From a virus, in IMG/VR virus record IMGVR_UViG_3300031228_000012, positions 1 through 45,590 of that record: 45,590 nt of DNA; one strand, written 5' to 3'. The position numbers and the translations under genes were made by a program. Positions 8,052 through 16,087 of the stretch are shown here, in pieces (position 1 is the first letter of the stretch; every line of letters begins with the position of its first letter). The notes beneath the pieces were generated by a model. It saw only the letters and a list, made by a program, of their open reading frames with translations, was not told where the DNA came from and did not search any database.

Positions 8052-8309
8052 TCAGGCGTGGTACAGCCCTCGAACGATGCGACTGACGGTCGCTCGGTTG
8101 ACGTCGAACGACCGAGCAAGCTCGACCTGGCGGACGCCGTTCCGGTGCATCTCCCGCATCAGCGCGACCTCGCGCTTTGCGAGACGCTTGCGGTTGGTGG
8201 GGGACTTGAGCCGGCGGTTCTCCACCTCCAGCTCGCGGATGCGAAGCTCCAAGGTGTTGGCGGCCAGGAGCAGTTGCTCGACGGCCTCCGTGGCGGTCTG
8301 CTCGATCAC
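8052..8309 (-). CDS. Helix-turn-helix DNA-binding protein with N-terminal coiled coil
   Basis: HTH GVRQVELARSFDVNRATVSRIV. Confidence 0.75.
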   Translation of the reverse strand: MIEQTATEAVEQLLLAANTLELRIRELEVENRRLKSPTNRKRLAKREVALMREMHRNGVRQVELARSFDVNRATVSRIVRGLYHA

Positions 8310-8497
8310 TGGACGTCCTCCACGTCGTAGAACAGGACGTTGGCCAGTGGGCAGACGGTCTTCTCGCCGGGCTCCGTGTGGATGGTCAGGGCGGTCAGGC
8401 CCTCTTCGATCGTGGCGTTGGTTGCCCCGTGTGTGGTGCCGTTCGTGTGCGTGATCTGGATGTTGACCGGCCCGTAGGGCTGCAAGCTGAAATCCAT
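8306..8497 (-). CDS. Hypothetical protein (63 aa)
   Basis: Track ORF. GAAGGAGGAG RBS. Confidence 0.55.
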   Translation of the reverse strand: MDFSLQPYGPVNIQITHTNGTTHGATNATIEEGLTALTIHTEPGEKTVCPLANVLFYDVEDVQ

Positions 8498-8548
8498 GTC
8501 TCCTCCTTCAGGGAGGAGCCAAGGCCATCGTTGCCTTGACTCCTGCGG

Positions 8549-8565
8549 GTTGTGCGACTTAAAGG
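8549..8565 (-). promoter_or_regulatory. Distal box of the leftward-arm junction motif (partial unit)
   Basis: + strand gttgtgcgacttaaagg, abutting stop codon 8566-8568. Confidence 0.5.
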
Positions 8566-9129
8566 TCAGCGAACGAACTCAGGCGAACACTGTCCAGGGG
8601 TGTCCTTCGGCGTCGGGCAGAAGAAGCCCTTCCACGCGTTGCCAGTCTTCTTCGAGACACCCGATCGGAACACCATCTCGCCGTGGTCGCACTGCTTGGT
8701 CTCACCGTTTGGCGCCTGGGCGGCACCAGCGGGCTTGCCCTGTGTGCGCGGAGCGCTCTGCTGGCCGCCGTTGGTGTTGACGTTGACCGGGGCACCACCG
8801 CCGTACTCCTTGTGGAAGTAGCGAGCTACGCTGGCCGTCTTCTGGATCAGCTTGGCCGCAACCTCAGCGTTCTCGCCTTCGAGCTGCGCGAGGGCGTCAG
8901 CAATGCTGCCACCGTCCACTGTGATCCACGGGGCGTCATACCCAGCGGCAGCCTTGAGGGTGACGCGGACACGGTTCAGGTCGTTGGTCTCGGGCACTGC
9001 GATGATCTCCTTTGTGTTGGTGTTGATGGCGTGCGGCTTGCCGTCCCACGGGCTGCTGGTCGGTGAGTCTGGGGCGTCTGCCTGCGTCTCGTCAGCGGCG
9101 AAGGGGTCGTTGGCGAACGGGTCGGACAT
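8566..9129 (-). CDS. Hypothetical protein, possible DNA-binding protein with C-terminal Cys/His ribbon
   Basis: Track ORF. AAGGAGGAA RBS. Acidic DPF-repeat N-terminus. C-terminal CDHGEMVFRSGVSKKTGNAWKGFFCP. Confidence 0.7.
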   Translation of the reverse strand: MSDPFANDPFAADETQADAPDSPTSSPWDGKPHAINTNTKEIIAVPETNDLNRVRVTLKAAAGYDAPWITVDGGSIADALAQLEGENAEVAAKLIQKTASVARYFHKEYGGGAPVNVNTNGGQQSAPRTQGKPAGAAQAPNGETKQCDHGEMVFRSGVSKKTGNAWKGFFCPTPKDTPGQCSPEFVR

Positions 9130-9147
9130 GTGTTCCTCCTTGTGTTG

Positions 9148-9282
9148 TCAGCCCTCGTAGAGGGACTGCTGAATCTCGTAGTCATCGAGGTCGGCTTCGA
9201 CCCCGGATTGGCCAAGAGGCCGGCCGAACAGGTCGGCGTACTCCACGACGTCGCGGGCAAGGCCCGCCAGGGTCTCCTGCAT
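9148..9282 (-). CDS. Small hypothetical protein (44 aa)
   Basis: ATG shares its A with the upstream TGA (TGATG). The ORF fills an otherwise empty 150-bp gap. Confidence 0.4.
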   Translation of the reverse strand: MQETLAGLARDVVEYADLFGRPLGQSGVEADLDDYEIQQSLYEG

Positions 9283-9932
9283 CAGAACTCCCCCGTCGCA
9301 CCAGCGGTTCGGTCGAGGCTGTAGGCCCCGTCGCCCCCGTACTGGTTGCTGGTCAGCACCGCCGCTCTTGCGTTGGACACGGCCGAGCGTGACCCCGGAC
9401 CCGCCAGGTACGACCGGCCACGGTTCTTGAAGACCTGGTTCATGCAGTCGGTCAGTGCGTCGACCGCCCGCTCCGTGGCCTTCTGGTCAGCCGGGCTCTC
9501 GGCAGGCTCGTCATTCAGGTAACGGCTGCCGATCAGGTTGGCGTAGCGAGGGTTCCGCTTCCGCAGAAGCGCTCCCCCCTCGTCAAGGTCCAACCGCTCC
9601 GAGCGGTTCTTGACTCGCGCCTCGTGCAACCCGCCCTTCTCCAGGAGCTCTCGCACCTCGGTGACGCCGTAGCGGTAGTTCCCGGTGAAGTAGTCGTAGT
9701 CGACCCGCTCCTGTGAAGCGATCTGCGTCCCGATCCGCGTCAGCAGCTCCCGCCGAGCGGGGGCGTCGAACGCTGCGATCTTCGTGGCGCTGTGTTTCTC
9801 CAGCAGGTGAAGGGAAATCTCCTGCTCGATGTCCTCAGCGGTTGTGACCGCTGCCCACTCGCGGCCGACCTTGGCGGCTGCGCGCTGGATCTCCGGCAGG
9901 ATCTCGGCCAGGGCTGTGCTCTGGTCCATCAC
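9282..9932 (-). CDS. Sigma-factor-like / DNA-binding protein (216 aa)
   Basis: AEDIEQEISLHLLEK resembles sigma-70 region 2. Assignment is tentative. Start is GTG 9932 or ATG 9929. Confidence 0.6.
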   Translation of the reverse strand: MMDQSTALAEILPEIQRAAAKVGREWAAVTTAEDIEQEISLHLLEKHSATKIAAFDAPARRELLTRIGTQIASQERVDYDYFTGNYRYGVTEVRELLEKGGLHEARVKNRSERLDLDEGGALLRKRNPRYANLIGSRYLNDEPAESPADQKATERAVDALTDCMNQVFKNRGRSYLAGPGSRSAVSNARAAVLTSNQYGGDGAYSLDRTAGATGEF

Positions 9933-9943
9933 GTGTATCTCCT

Positions 9944-9975
9944 CCTTTACGTTGTGGTGTTGTGTGACTTAAAGG
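9944..9975 (-). promoter_or_regulatory. Junction unit CCTTTA-N20-TAAAGG (stop codon of 9969..10736 inside one arm, SD of 9282..9932 inside the other)
   Basis: + strand cctttacgttgtggtgttgtgtgacttaaagg. Confidence 0.6.
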
Positions 9976-10736
9976 TGGAAGACCCTGCCGTCCACCGTGA
10001 ACTTCTTGCCCTGGATAGGAACGAGCTGCGGACGCACGTGCCGGCCGTCAACGTCGACCACGACAAAGCCCTGCTGCCAGTTCGCCGTGGCTCCCTTGAG
10101 GTACTGCGCCTGGCGCATATCCATCAGGTTGCCGACCTCGACCCCGGTGAGCTGGTGCCGGATGTTCCCTCCGTAGCCGGTGGTGTGGCTGCCCATGCCG
10201 AGGCGGTGAGTGTGGCCCATGATGAGGCTGACGCCCATCTTCTTGGCCGCGTTCAACGCGGTGTTCCCGGCAATGCGGGACAGCCCGATCCCACCACGGT
10301 GCCCGTGGGTCATGATCCAGTTCGTGGCGAACTCGTAGAACTCCGGCAGCACCGAGACACCAAAGCCCTCGAAGTCCAGCAGGACATCGAAGTCGAATGC
10401 CCGGGTACCCGCCAGAGCGGGTGCGTACTTCTCCAGGTACTCCCGGGGCCGGAGGTCGTGGTTGCCCTCAAGCACCCCGACCGGACCCTGGTAGACATCC
10501 CGAAGCGGCTTCAGGAAGTCCCGCTTGGTCTTCTCCGAGTCCTCGTAGACCGAGCCCTCGAACTCCCCGCGCTTGTCCTTGTTCCAGCGTGACGGCTGGG
10601 GGTAGTCCACCAGGTCACCGATGTGCACAACCTCGTCGGGCTGGGTGGCGCCGATGAAGTTGATGACCGCCTTCAGGGCCTTACGGTCGTGGAAAGGCAG
10701 TTGGGTATCACTGACTACGGCCAGTCGCTTACTCAT
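9969..10736 (-). CDS. Calcineurin-like metallophosphoesterase. Candidate recombination directionality factor for the Bxb1-like integrase.
   Basis: Motifs VSDTQLP, GDLVD, GNHD, GHTH. 255 aa. The RDF role is inferred by analogy with the Bxb1 RDF. Confidence 0.85.
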   Translation of the reverse strand: MSKRLAVVSDTQLPFHDRKALKAVINFIGATQPDEVVHIGDLVDYPQPSRWNKDKRGEFEGSVYEDSEKTKRDFLKPLRDVYQGPVGVLEGNHDLRPREYLEKYAPALAGTRAFDFDVLLDFEGFGVSVLPEFYEFATNWIMTHGHRGGIGLSRIAGNTALNAAKKMGVSLIMGHTHRLGMGSHTTGYGGNIRHQLTGVEVGNLMDMRQAQYLKGATANWQQGFVVVDVDGRHVRPQLVPIQGKKFTVDGRVFHL

Positions 10737-11373
10737 TTGTCTCCTTTACGTTGTTGATTTCCAGAACCGACATCAGTTGCCGGCCGACGTACTCGGCGTA
10801 AACAGGGGGAATACATTCACTGACCCCATTCCTACTCATCCACGGAACGCCCATATCCGCGCGCACGTACGGAACTCCGGAGAAGTTTCCGACAGCGTGA
10901 TAAAAGTCCCCCTCACGTAGTTGCCGCCCCATCTTCACGGTTTTTGCAGTGTGCTCAGCATGCTCGGGTACCGTCAGGGGTATGTTGCTTTCAAACAGCC
11001 TGTGCCTATAGGTATGTATGTCGAACATGGAGCCGCACAGTTCTATCGGGTTTTTCAGCGGTGATCCCGGCACGTTCTCGATTACGTAGGGCTTGCCTAG
11101 GACGTCTAGAGCGCCGCGCATATTTGCAACAAGATCGGGATGTTCATTGCCCTGGATACGCTGGGCCAGGGTGTACGCCTGACAAGGCGGTGATGCGTGG
11201 ATCGCATCGAACTCGTGCCCGTGCTCCTTAACGAACTCGATCGCATCGGCTTGGTGGAACTCGAACGGGTATCGAGGCTGAGGGCTCAGGTCCACGCCGA
11301 CTACTTGAAATCCTGCGTCTGCGTACCCCTTTCCCGCCCCTCCCTGGCAGCAGAACAGGTCTAGTAGTCTCAA
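10729..11373 (-). CDS. Compact DNA (cytosine-5)-methyltransferase
   Basis: Motif I DLFCCQGG, motif IV SPPCQ, motif VI ENVPG, RHRLF, C-terminal IPPVYAEYV. TTG start. Local GC is about 47% in a sampled line. Confidence 0.85.
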   Translation of the reverse strand: MRLLDLFCCQGGAGKGYADAGFQVVGVDLSPQPRYPFEFHQADAIEFVKEHGHEFDAIHASPPCQAYTLAQRIQGNEHPDLVANMRGALDVLGKPYVIENVPGSPLKNPIELCGSMFDIHTYRHRLFESNIPLTVPEHAEHTAKTVKMGRQLREGDFYHAVGNFSGVPYVRADMGVPWMSRNGVSECIPPVYAEYVGRQLMSVLEINNVKETNE

Positions 11374-11379
11374 AGAGCT

Positions 11380-11411
11380 CCTTTACGTTGTCGTGTTGTG
11401 TGTTTTAAAGG
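11380..11411 (-). promoter_or_regulatory. Junction unit CCTTTA-N20-TAAAGG
   Basis: + strand cctttacgttgtcgtgttgtgtgttttaaagg. Stop of 11405..12001 lies inside the distal arm and the SD of the methyltransferase gene inside the proximal arm. Confidence 0.6.
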
Positions 11412-12001
11412 CAAAGTACAGACTTCGCCGGTGGATTCTTCAGGTACTCGATAGCTCGCTCGAAGAACTCGATCTCGTCCCGGGCGTGCCCGAGTACGTC
11501 CCGGTTACAGGATTTACAAAGAAGCCCTCGAACACATGTTCCACACGACACGGGTCCTGGGCAACAAGCGTGTGAGTGGTCGACACTGAGTCGCTTCCGC
11601 CCCGTGCCGGTGGCACGCTGGCAGATGAAGCACCGACCGCCCTGCGCCTTGTATATCGCCTGGTACTGCTCCTCCGAGATCGAGTAAGTCTTCTCGACGT
11701 GAGCCGCCCGGGCTTTGGCCCGGCGGTCAGCGAGTACCTGCCTATGGTGAGTAGCGCAGCGTGGCCCCGGGTACATCGCCTCCCTCTTGGTCGTGATCCC
11801 CTCGGACTTGCAGTCCTTGCACCCCTGGCCGCTCCGCGAGCCTGATGACGAGGTCGCCGTGCTGGTCGAGTTCGATCGTGTAGTAGGCCGTGCCGAACGC
11901 CGCCGCTTCGACGATGATCCGGTCGAGTTCTTCTCGGTACTTCCGGATACCCTCGGGGTTCCGCGCTTGGGCGAAGTAGTTCGTCGCTGTCTTGCGCTCA
12001 C
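11405..12001 (-). CDS. Recombination endonuclease VII (only the C-terminal ~139 codons look genuinely coding in this frame)
   Basis: CKDCK..PGPRCATHHR, CFICQ, LSVDHSH, RGLLCKSCN. The N-terminal 60 aa are S/T/R-rich with lower GC3. See the frame-switch finding. Confidence 0.6.
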   Translation of the reverse strand: MSARQRRTTSPKRGTPRVSGSTEKNSTGSSSKRRRSARPTTRSNSTSTATSSSGSRSGQGCKDCKSEGITTKREAMYPGPRCATHHRQVLADRRAKARAAHVEKTYSISEEQYQAIYKAQGGRCFICQRATGTGRKRLSVDHSHACCPGPVSCGTCVRGLLCKSCNRDVLGHARDEIEFFERAIEYLKNPPAKSVLCL

Positions 12002-12005
12002 TCAC
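11742..12005 (-). CDS. Hypothetical protein / possible N-terminal part of a frameshifted endonuclease VII
   Basis: GTG 12005. GC3 is about 84% down to 11823, then the sequence turns non-protein-like. It overlaps the endonuclease VII frame. Confidence 0.5.
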   Translation of the reverse strand: MSERKTATNYFAQARNPEGIRKYREELDRIIVEAAAFGTAYYTIELDQHGDLVIRLAERPGVQGLQVRGDHDQEGGDVPGATLRYSP

Positions 12006-12135
12006 TCCGACCCCCGGATACCGCAGAGCAGACGATCTGCATTGCCTGCGCCTCGGTGAACCCTGCGCCAACCAGGGAATCAAACCACTCGTGCAACTGA
12101 ACCGCCGCCAACGCGAGAGTCGTGAACTCGTTCAC
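11998..12135 (-). CDS. Small hypothetical protein (45 aa)
   Basis: GTGA overlap with the upstream ORF. Below the track cutoff. Confidence 0.45.
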   Translation of the reverse strand: MNEFTTLALAAVQLHEWFDSLVGAGFTEAQAMQIVCSAVSGGRSE

Positions 12136-12254
12136 TTCGCACCTCGCAGGGTCGCGTCAGCCAAACGCTCGGCGTTCTCGCGCCCCGCGTTGTATTGCTT
12201 CTCGAACTGCTGAACCAGTTCTTCTCGCTGATTTGTATCCTTGATGTCTTCCAT
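12132..12254 (-). CDS. Small hypothetical protein (40 aa)
   Basis: ATG follows TAAGGAGGAGAT. Below the track cutoff. Confidence 0.45.
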   Translation of the reverse strand: MEDIKDTNQREELVQQFEKQYNAGRENAERLADATLRGAK

Positions 12255-12263
12255 ATCTCCTCC

Positions 12264-13976
12264 TTAGAATCCGTTGTCGCCCCAAGAGATTGGGACGGCG
12301 GGTGTTAGTGCCGCCGAACTGAGGCGGGTGCCCGGGATGCGGATGTCCTTCAGCTCGAAGGTCCCCCTCCAGGACGTGTCGCCCTCTCGGGCCTTGGCGA
12401 TGCTCATGGTGCGGACGCCCCCCTCGTTCACGAACTTCAGCAACGTGTCGACGTTGCCTCGGATCGGGAACGCACCTGCCGGTTTGTCCAGGTTGGACTC
12501 CGGCGGGTGGTGGAGCACGAGGATCGTGGCTCCTGGGTTGGCCTCTCGGACCCGGTCGAGCTGGGCGATAGCCCGTGAAGCCTCTCCCGGATTCTCAAGC
12601 ACCAGGCCCTCTGTCGCTCGCATCATGGTGTCTACGACGATCAGGCTGGGCCGGAACGCCTTGACCAACTCCTGATGCTCGGCCACCGACTCATCGCTAG
12701 CGAGTAGCAGCCGCATCTTGCGGAGCTGGACGGAACCCTTCGGCGCCTCCTTCTGGTTGAAGACTTCCCATGCCTTACGGCGCACCGCCAGGCGGCGAGT
12801 GCCTTCTCCAGCGAGGTACATCACTCTGCCCGGGTCGACCTCTCGGCCCCAAGCCTTCGTTCCCGTGGCCATGCCGAGCGCCAGGTCGATACCGGCGAAC
12901 GACTTGCCCGCGTTGGGCGGGCCGAACAGGATCACGGTCTCGTTCTTGGGCAGCAGCCCCTCGATGATCCAGTCCCCGGTCCCCAGGTCAGGGTCGAACT
13001 CCAGGATGTCCTCATCGCTAACCCGTGACGGCCGGACCGGCGAGAGCCGGGCCTTGACTTCCTCCCTGATCTTGGCGTCACGAATCCCCCGAGCAACCTC
13101 GGCCTCGAACGCTTCGTCCTCGTCCTCTGGCAGCTCGAACCTGGCGTGCTGCTGAGCCCACTCGATGAACGACTCAAGCTCGTGCTCGGCCGTGCCGCCG
13201 GACTCGAAGTAGGCTTCCCGGGCCAGTGCCGCCACGTTGTGCGGGTCCTCGCCCAGCGTCATGGCGATGCCGAACAATCTGATCATGCGGAGACGCATGG
13301 TGGCGTTCCGCGTGCCGTCCTCCATCGTGCTGAGGTCCCGCAGGATGCGGTCAAGCTTGTTCTGCATCCGCTGTCGCTCGACCAGCGTCAGCGTAGGCTT
13401 GGTGTCAGCTGTGCGGATCTCGGTCTTGCGCGGCTGCAAGACCTCGGCCACGTCCATGGGGAACTCGGGCAGCTCGGCCACCGTGACCATGCCTCGGGGG
13501 TTGATGTACTCGTACGCCCCGCTGCCCGGCACCTCCGTGGGTGGGGCGATGACGATGCCACCCCGGGCGCGGATGTCCACGCCCTCAGCGACCGTGCCGT
13601 TGTTGTCGGACTTGACGGTGACACCTTCGGGCTCCCGGTAGTACCAGTGCTCACCGCCTGACGGCGTTCGCACCTTGACCGGGGTGTCCGGCAGCTCGAC
13701 ACCGGCTGCTCGCAGCGCGTCGAACCCGTTCTTCCCCTTCTTGGTGTCGATGTCGACCACGACCATGCCGGACCTGCCGGTATTGATGATGACCCCGGTG
13801 AAGCCTGTCCAGTGCTCAGCCAGTTCCTCGGGCTCGGTAGGGTATTCCCCGGCTGCCCACTTCCCGTCCTTGAACGAGAGCTGCTTGTCCCCGTCCACGT
13901 CGACCGACACGTTGCACGGGTACGTGGAGTAGCCCCGCTGGGTTAGCGCGCCTGCGAAGTCAACGACGCGGCTCAT
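12264..13976 (-). CDS. Bifunctional prim-pol primase / RecA-fold (RepA/DnaB-like) helicase
   Basis: N-terminal prim-pol signature VVVDIDTKKGKNG. Walker A FGPPNAGKS, Walker B LIVVDT. Start moved to ATG 13976 after AAAGGAGAA. Confidence 0.9.
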   Translation of the reverse strand: MSRVVDFAGALTQRGYSTYPCNVSVDVDGDKQLSFKDGKWAAGEYPTEPEELAEHWTGFTGVIINTGRSGMVVVDIDTKKGKNGFDALRAAGVELPDTPVKVRTPSGGEHWYYREPEGVTVKSDNNGTVAEGVDIRARGGIVIAPPTEVPGSGAYEYINPRGMVTVAELPEFPMDVAEVLQPRKTEIRTADTKPTLTLVERQRMQNKLDRILRDLSTMEDGTRNATMRLRMIRLFGIAMTLGEDPHNVAALAREAYFESGGTAEHELESFIEWAQQHARFELPEDEDEAFEAEVARGIRDAKIREEVKARLSPVRPSRVSDEDILEFDPDLGTGDWIIEGLLPKNETVILFGPPNAGKSFAGIDLALGMATGTKAWGREVDPGRVMYLAGEGTRRLAVRRKAWEVFNQKEAPKGSVQLRKMRLLLASDESVAEHQELVKAFRPSLIVVDTMMRATEGLVLENPGEASRAIAQLDRVREANPGATILVLHHPPESNLDKPAGAFPIRGNVDTLLKFVNEGGVRTMSIAKAREGDTSWRGTFELKDIRIPGTRLSSAALTPAVPISWGDNGF

Positions 13977-13998
13977 GGTTCTCCTTTCTGTGGGCATG

Positions 13999-14022
13999 AA
14001 AAAGGCCCCTCGATGGGGGCCT
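13999..14022 (-). terminator. Rho-independent terminator upstream of the primase gene
   Basis: On the - strand: AGGCCCC-CATCG-AGGGGCCT followed by TTTTT. Confidence 0.65.
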
Positions 14023-14065
14023 GAAGATTGGGCAGAACCGTACCGGTTTCAGTACGCTTTTGCCC

Positions 14066-14500
14066 CTAGGCGTCGGACGTCTCTGCGACCCACAAGCGGG
14101 CGTAGTGCTCCCTCCAAGCCACCGCTACTGCGTGATTCTCACGCCAGTGGTCGCGGTCCTTGGTCATCGTGTCGAGATGCGCCTCAAGTTCCTTGATGCG
14201 CTCGCTGCGCTCAACGCAGAGGGTGAAGTACTCGCCAAGCTTGCGTCTGAGGTCTTCCTTTTGCTTGATCATGTTGTCCAGCTCGCGCCACGACTCGGAG
14301 CCCTGCTTCTCAATGTTGAGTTCGTCCCACCGCTTCAGCCAGTAGTCCCTGTCTTGCCGGGCCGAATCCCGCTGCTTGGTTGCCAGCTCCAGCTTTTCGC
14401 GGACATACTCGGCCTCGAACTCCTGGAGATCACCGATATCTCCGCCGGTCAGGAGGTAGTACACCTCGCCGTTCATCTCGAAGCGTGGATAGATCTTCAT
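14066..14500 (-). CDS. Coiled-coil hypothetical protein (144 aa)
   Basis: Internal ATG after GAGGAGGAG. Confidence 0.65.
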   Translation of the reverse strand: MKIYPRFEMNGEVYYLLTGGDIGDLQEFEAEYVREKLELATKQRDSARQDRDYWLKRWDELNIEKQGSESWRELDNMIKQKEDLRRKLGEYFTLCVERSERIKELEAHLDTMTKDRDHWRENHAVAVAWREHYARLWVAETSDA

Positions 14501-14501
14501 C

Positions 14502-14615
14502 TCACTCCTCCTCATCAATCCCGGCCAGTGCGGTGTACTCCTCGTCATCTGCCATAGCTTCCATGTCCGACCAAAGGTCGGCCCAGAACACGAACAGGGT
14601 CTTGAAGAAACCCAT
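14502..14615 (-). CDS. Small hypothetical protein (37 aa)
   Basis: TGATG overlap with 14615..14818. Hydrophobic N-terminus MGFFKTLFVFWADLW. Confidence 0.4.
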   Translation of the reverse strand: MGFFKTLFVFWADLWSDMEAMADDEEYTALAGIDEEE

Positions 14616-14818
14616 CAGCCTTTCTCCACTTCCTGAACCTCGGCGGGCATGTCCTCTAGCGGAGCCCAATCAACCCAGCCGCTGTAGTAGTCCCAGTCGG
14701 CGGGTCTCCAGCCCATCTCATGCAGGCTGAAATAGGTGAACGACACAATCTCTCCCGCGTCGTATTCCAGCCGATGAACGCCACCGCTCTGGTTGAACCC
14801 GTAGAACGTCCTCATCAC
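14615..14818 (-). CDS. Hypothetical protein (67 aa)
   Basis: Track ORF. Confidence 0.6.
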   Translation of the reverse strand: MMRTFYGFNQSGGVHRLEYDAGEIVSFTYFSLHEMGWRPADWDYYSGWVDWAPLEDMPAEVQEVEKG

Positions 14819-15042
14819 GCCTCCTTACTTTCTCTGTGCCACGCAGCGAAGTTCTTGCTAAACACCCAGCCGTAGGCCAGGCACGATGCAAGGAACCCCC
14901 ACTGCTCGGTTGTCACGGCGTACACGAACCACAGGGCCTGGGCGCCGATCCCGATCGCCCAGCCGAGCTTGTTCTTGCGACCCGCGAAGTACAGCCCGGT
15001 CACGCCGACCACAGTCAACAACCAGGACCACCACCAGATCAC
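14815..15042 (-). CDS. Small integral membrane protein (2-3 TM helices)
   Basis: IWWWSWLLTVVGVTGLYFAG, LGWAIGIGAQALWFVYAV, WGFLASCLAYGWVF. Confidence 0.7.
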   Translation of the reverse strand: MIWWWSWLLTVVGVTGLYFAGRKNKLGWAIGIGAQALWFVYAVTTEQWGFLASCLAYGWVFSKNFAAWHRESKEA

Positions 15043-15215
15043 GCCTCACCTCGCGGGGCGCGGAGCCGTGGATTCAGCCCTCCTGGTTCCGGTACACGTC
15101 GCTCCCGCCAACCGCAGAATTGGCAGACACATCCCTCGGTGAACCATCGGTTGCGCGCGCAACGCAAGCAGAAGTACGTACCAGGGAGCGGGCCGATCGA
15201 CACTGCTTCCCTCAT
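15039..15215 (-). CDS. Small Cys-rich (zinc-ribbon-like) protein (58 aa)
   Basis: ATGA and GTGA overlaps with both neighbours. CLRC..CVCQFC. Confidence 0.45.
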   Translation of the reverse strand: MREAVSIGPLPGTYFCLRCARNRWFTEGCVCQFCGWRERRVPEPGGLNPRLRAPRGEA

Positions 15216-15502
15216 CTCGCCTCACCTCGCAGGGCACGGAGGACAATACGTGCATCACGGCGGTAGCGATCCTTGACATCATCCGTGGCCTTCTCCCAAT
15301 GGGATTCCGGGACGGGATAGGTCCGATGTGCAGTGGCTAGCCACCAGCCCATTGCGAGTCGATCAACCGTCTCGTCGTCCTCGACCACGGGACGCCAGCC
15401 AGCGTTGATAAGCTCCAGTGCCAGGGACCATCTAGTGCGCTCATGGTCGAGAACCGTGATATCCCTGTGCGCTCGCTCGATCAGTTCGTCTCGGTTACTC
15501 AT
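15212..15502 (-). CDS. Hypothetical protein (96 aa)
   Basis: Internal ATG after AAGGAGGCAAGGC. Confidence 0.65.
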   Translation of the reverse strand: MSNRDELIERAHRDITVLDHERTRWSLALELINAGWRPVVEDDETVDRLAMGWWLATAHRTYPVPESHWEKATDDVKDRYRRDARIVLRALRGEAR

Positions 15503-15639
15503 GCCTTGCCTCCTTGCTGTCTCTCCATCTCTGCCAGGAGGTCCTTCCACACCACTCCCCGAACCTCCTGGGGGATTGTGCGTACGGTCTCCTGGTAGTC
15601 GCGGTCGGACAATCGGCCGTCCTCTTCCTCAGTGCTCAC
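15499..15639 (-). CDS. Small hypothetical protein (46 aa)
   Basis: GTGA/ATGA coupled at both ends. Confidence 0.4.
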   Translation of the reverse strand: MSTEEEDGRLSDRDYQETVRTIPQEVRGVVWKDLLAEMERQQGGKA

Positions 15640-15773
15640 GCCGGGTACTCCCGGACGGTGCGGCGCTTAAGCCCCGGTCCCGAATAAACAACGGTCACCT
15701 TCGGGGACCTGGCTCGCATATCGGCCAGCTCCTTCTCGTGCTCGGCAACCCGCTTCTTTCCACCCTTGGACAT
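15636..15773 (-). CDS. Small basic protein (45 aa)
   Basis: ATG after TAAAGGAGGCTTGG. Confidence 0.45.
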   Translation of the reverse strand: MSKGGKKRVAEHEKELADMRARSPKVTVVYSGPGLKRRTVREYPA

Positions 15774-15781
15774 CCAAGCCT

Positions 15782-15813
15782 CCTTTAGTATTTTGTTCTG
15801 TGTGTTTTAAAGT
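15782..15813 (-). promoter_or_regulatory. Junction unit CCTTTA-N20-TAAAGT
   Basis: + strand cctttagtattttgttctgtgtgttttaaagt. Stop codon 15815-17 is adjacent. Confidence 0.55.
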
Positions 15814-15814
15814 G

Positions 15815-16087
15815 TTACTGCGTGAGCCGGTATCTCTCATCAACGACAAGCACAGCAACCCTTGCAAGAGCGTCCCAGTGCGCGTGTGCGTGGTGCCCAC
15901 AGAACATCAGCGAGCCCAGCTTCTTGCCGCCGACGTAGCGAACGGCGACGAAGACGTACGCCTGCGAATCGCACCGATCACACCGATCTGAAACCTTCAG
16001 TACCGCCCAGTCGCCCGACGCCTGCCGGGCCTGCTCCGCCACCTCCTGCGAGGTGGTCTTGCGCCGCTTGTGCAGTGGAAAGCTCAT
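15815..16087 (-). CDS. Cys/His-rich actinobacterial-type small protein (DRCDRC...FCGHH)
   Basis: Track ORF. The Cys/His pattern suggests zinc binding. Confidence 0.7.
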   Translation of the reverse strand: MSFPLHKRRKTTSQEVAEQARQASGDWAVLKVSDRCDRCDSQAYVFVAVRYVGGKKLGSLMFCGHHAHAHWDALARVAVLVVDERYRLTQ

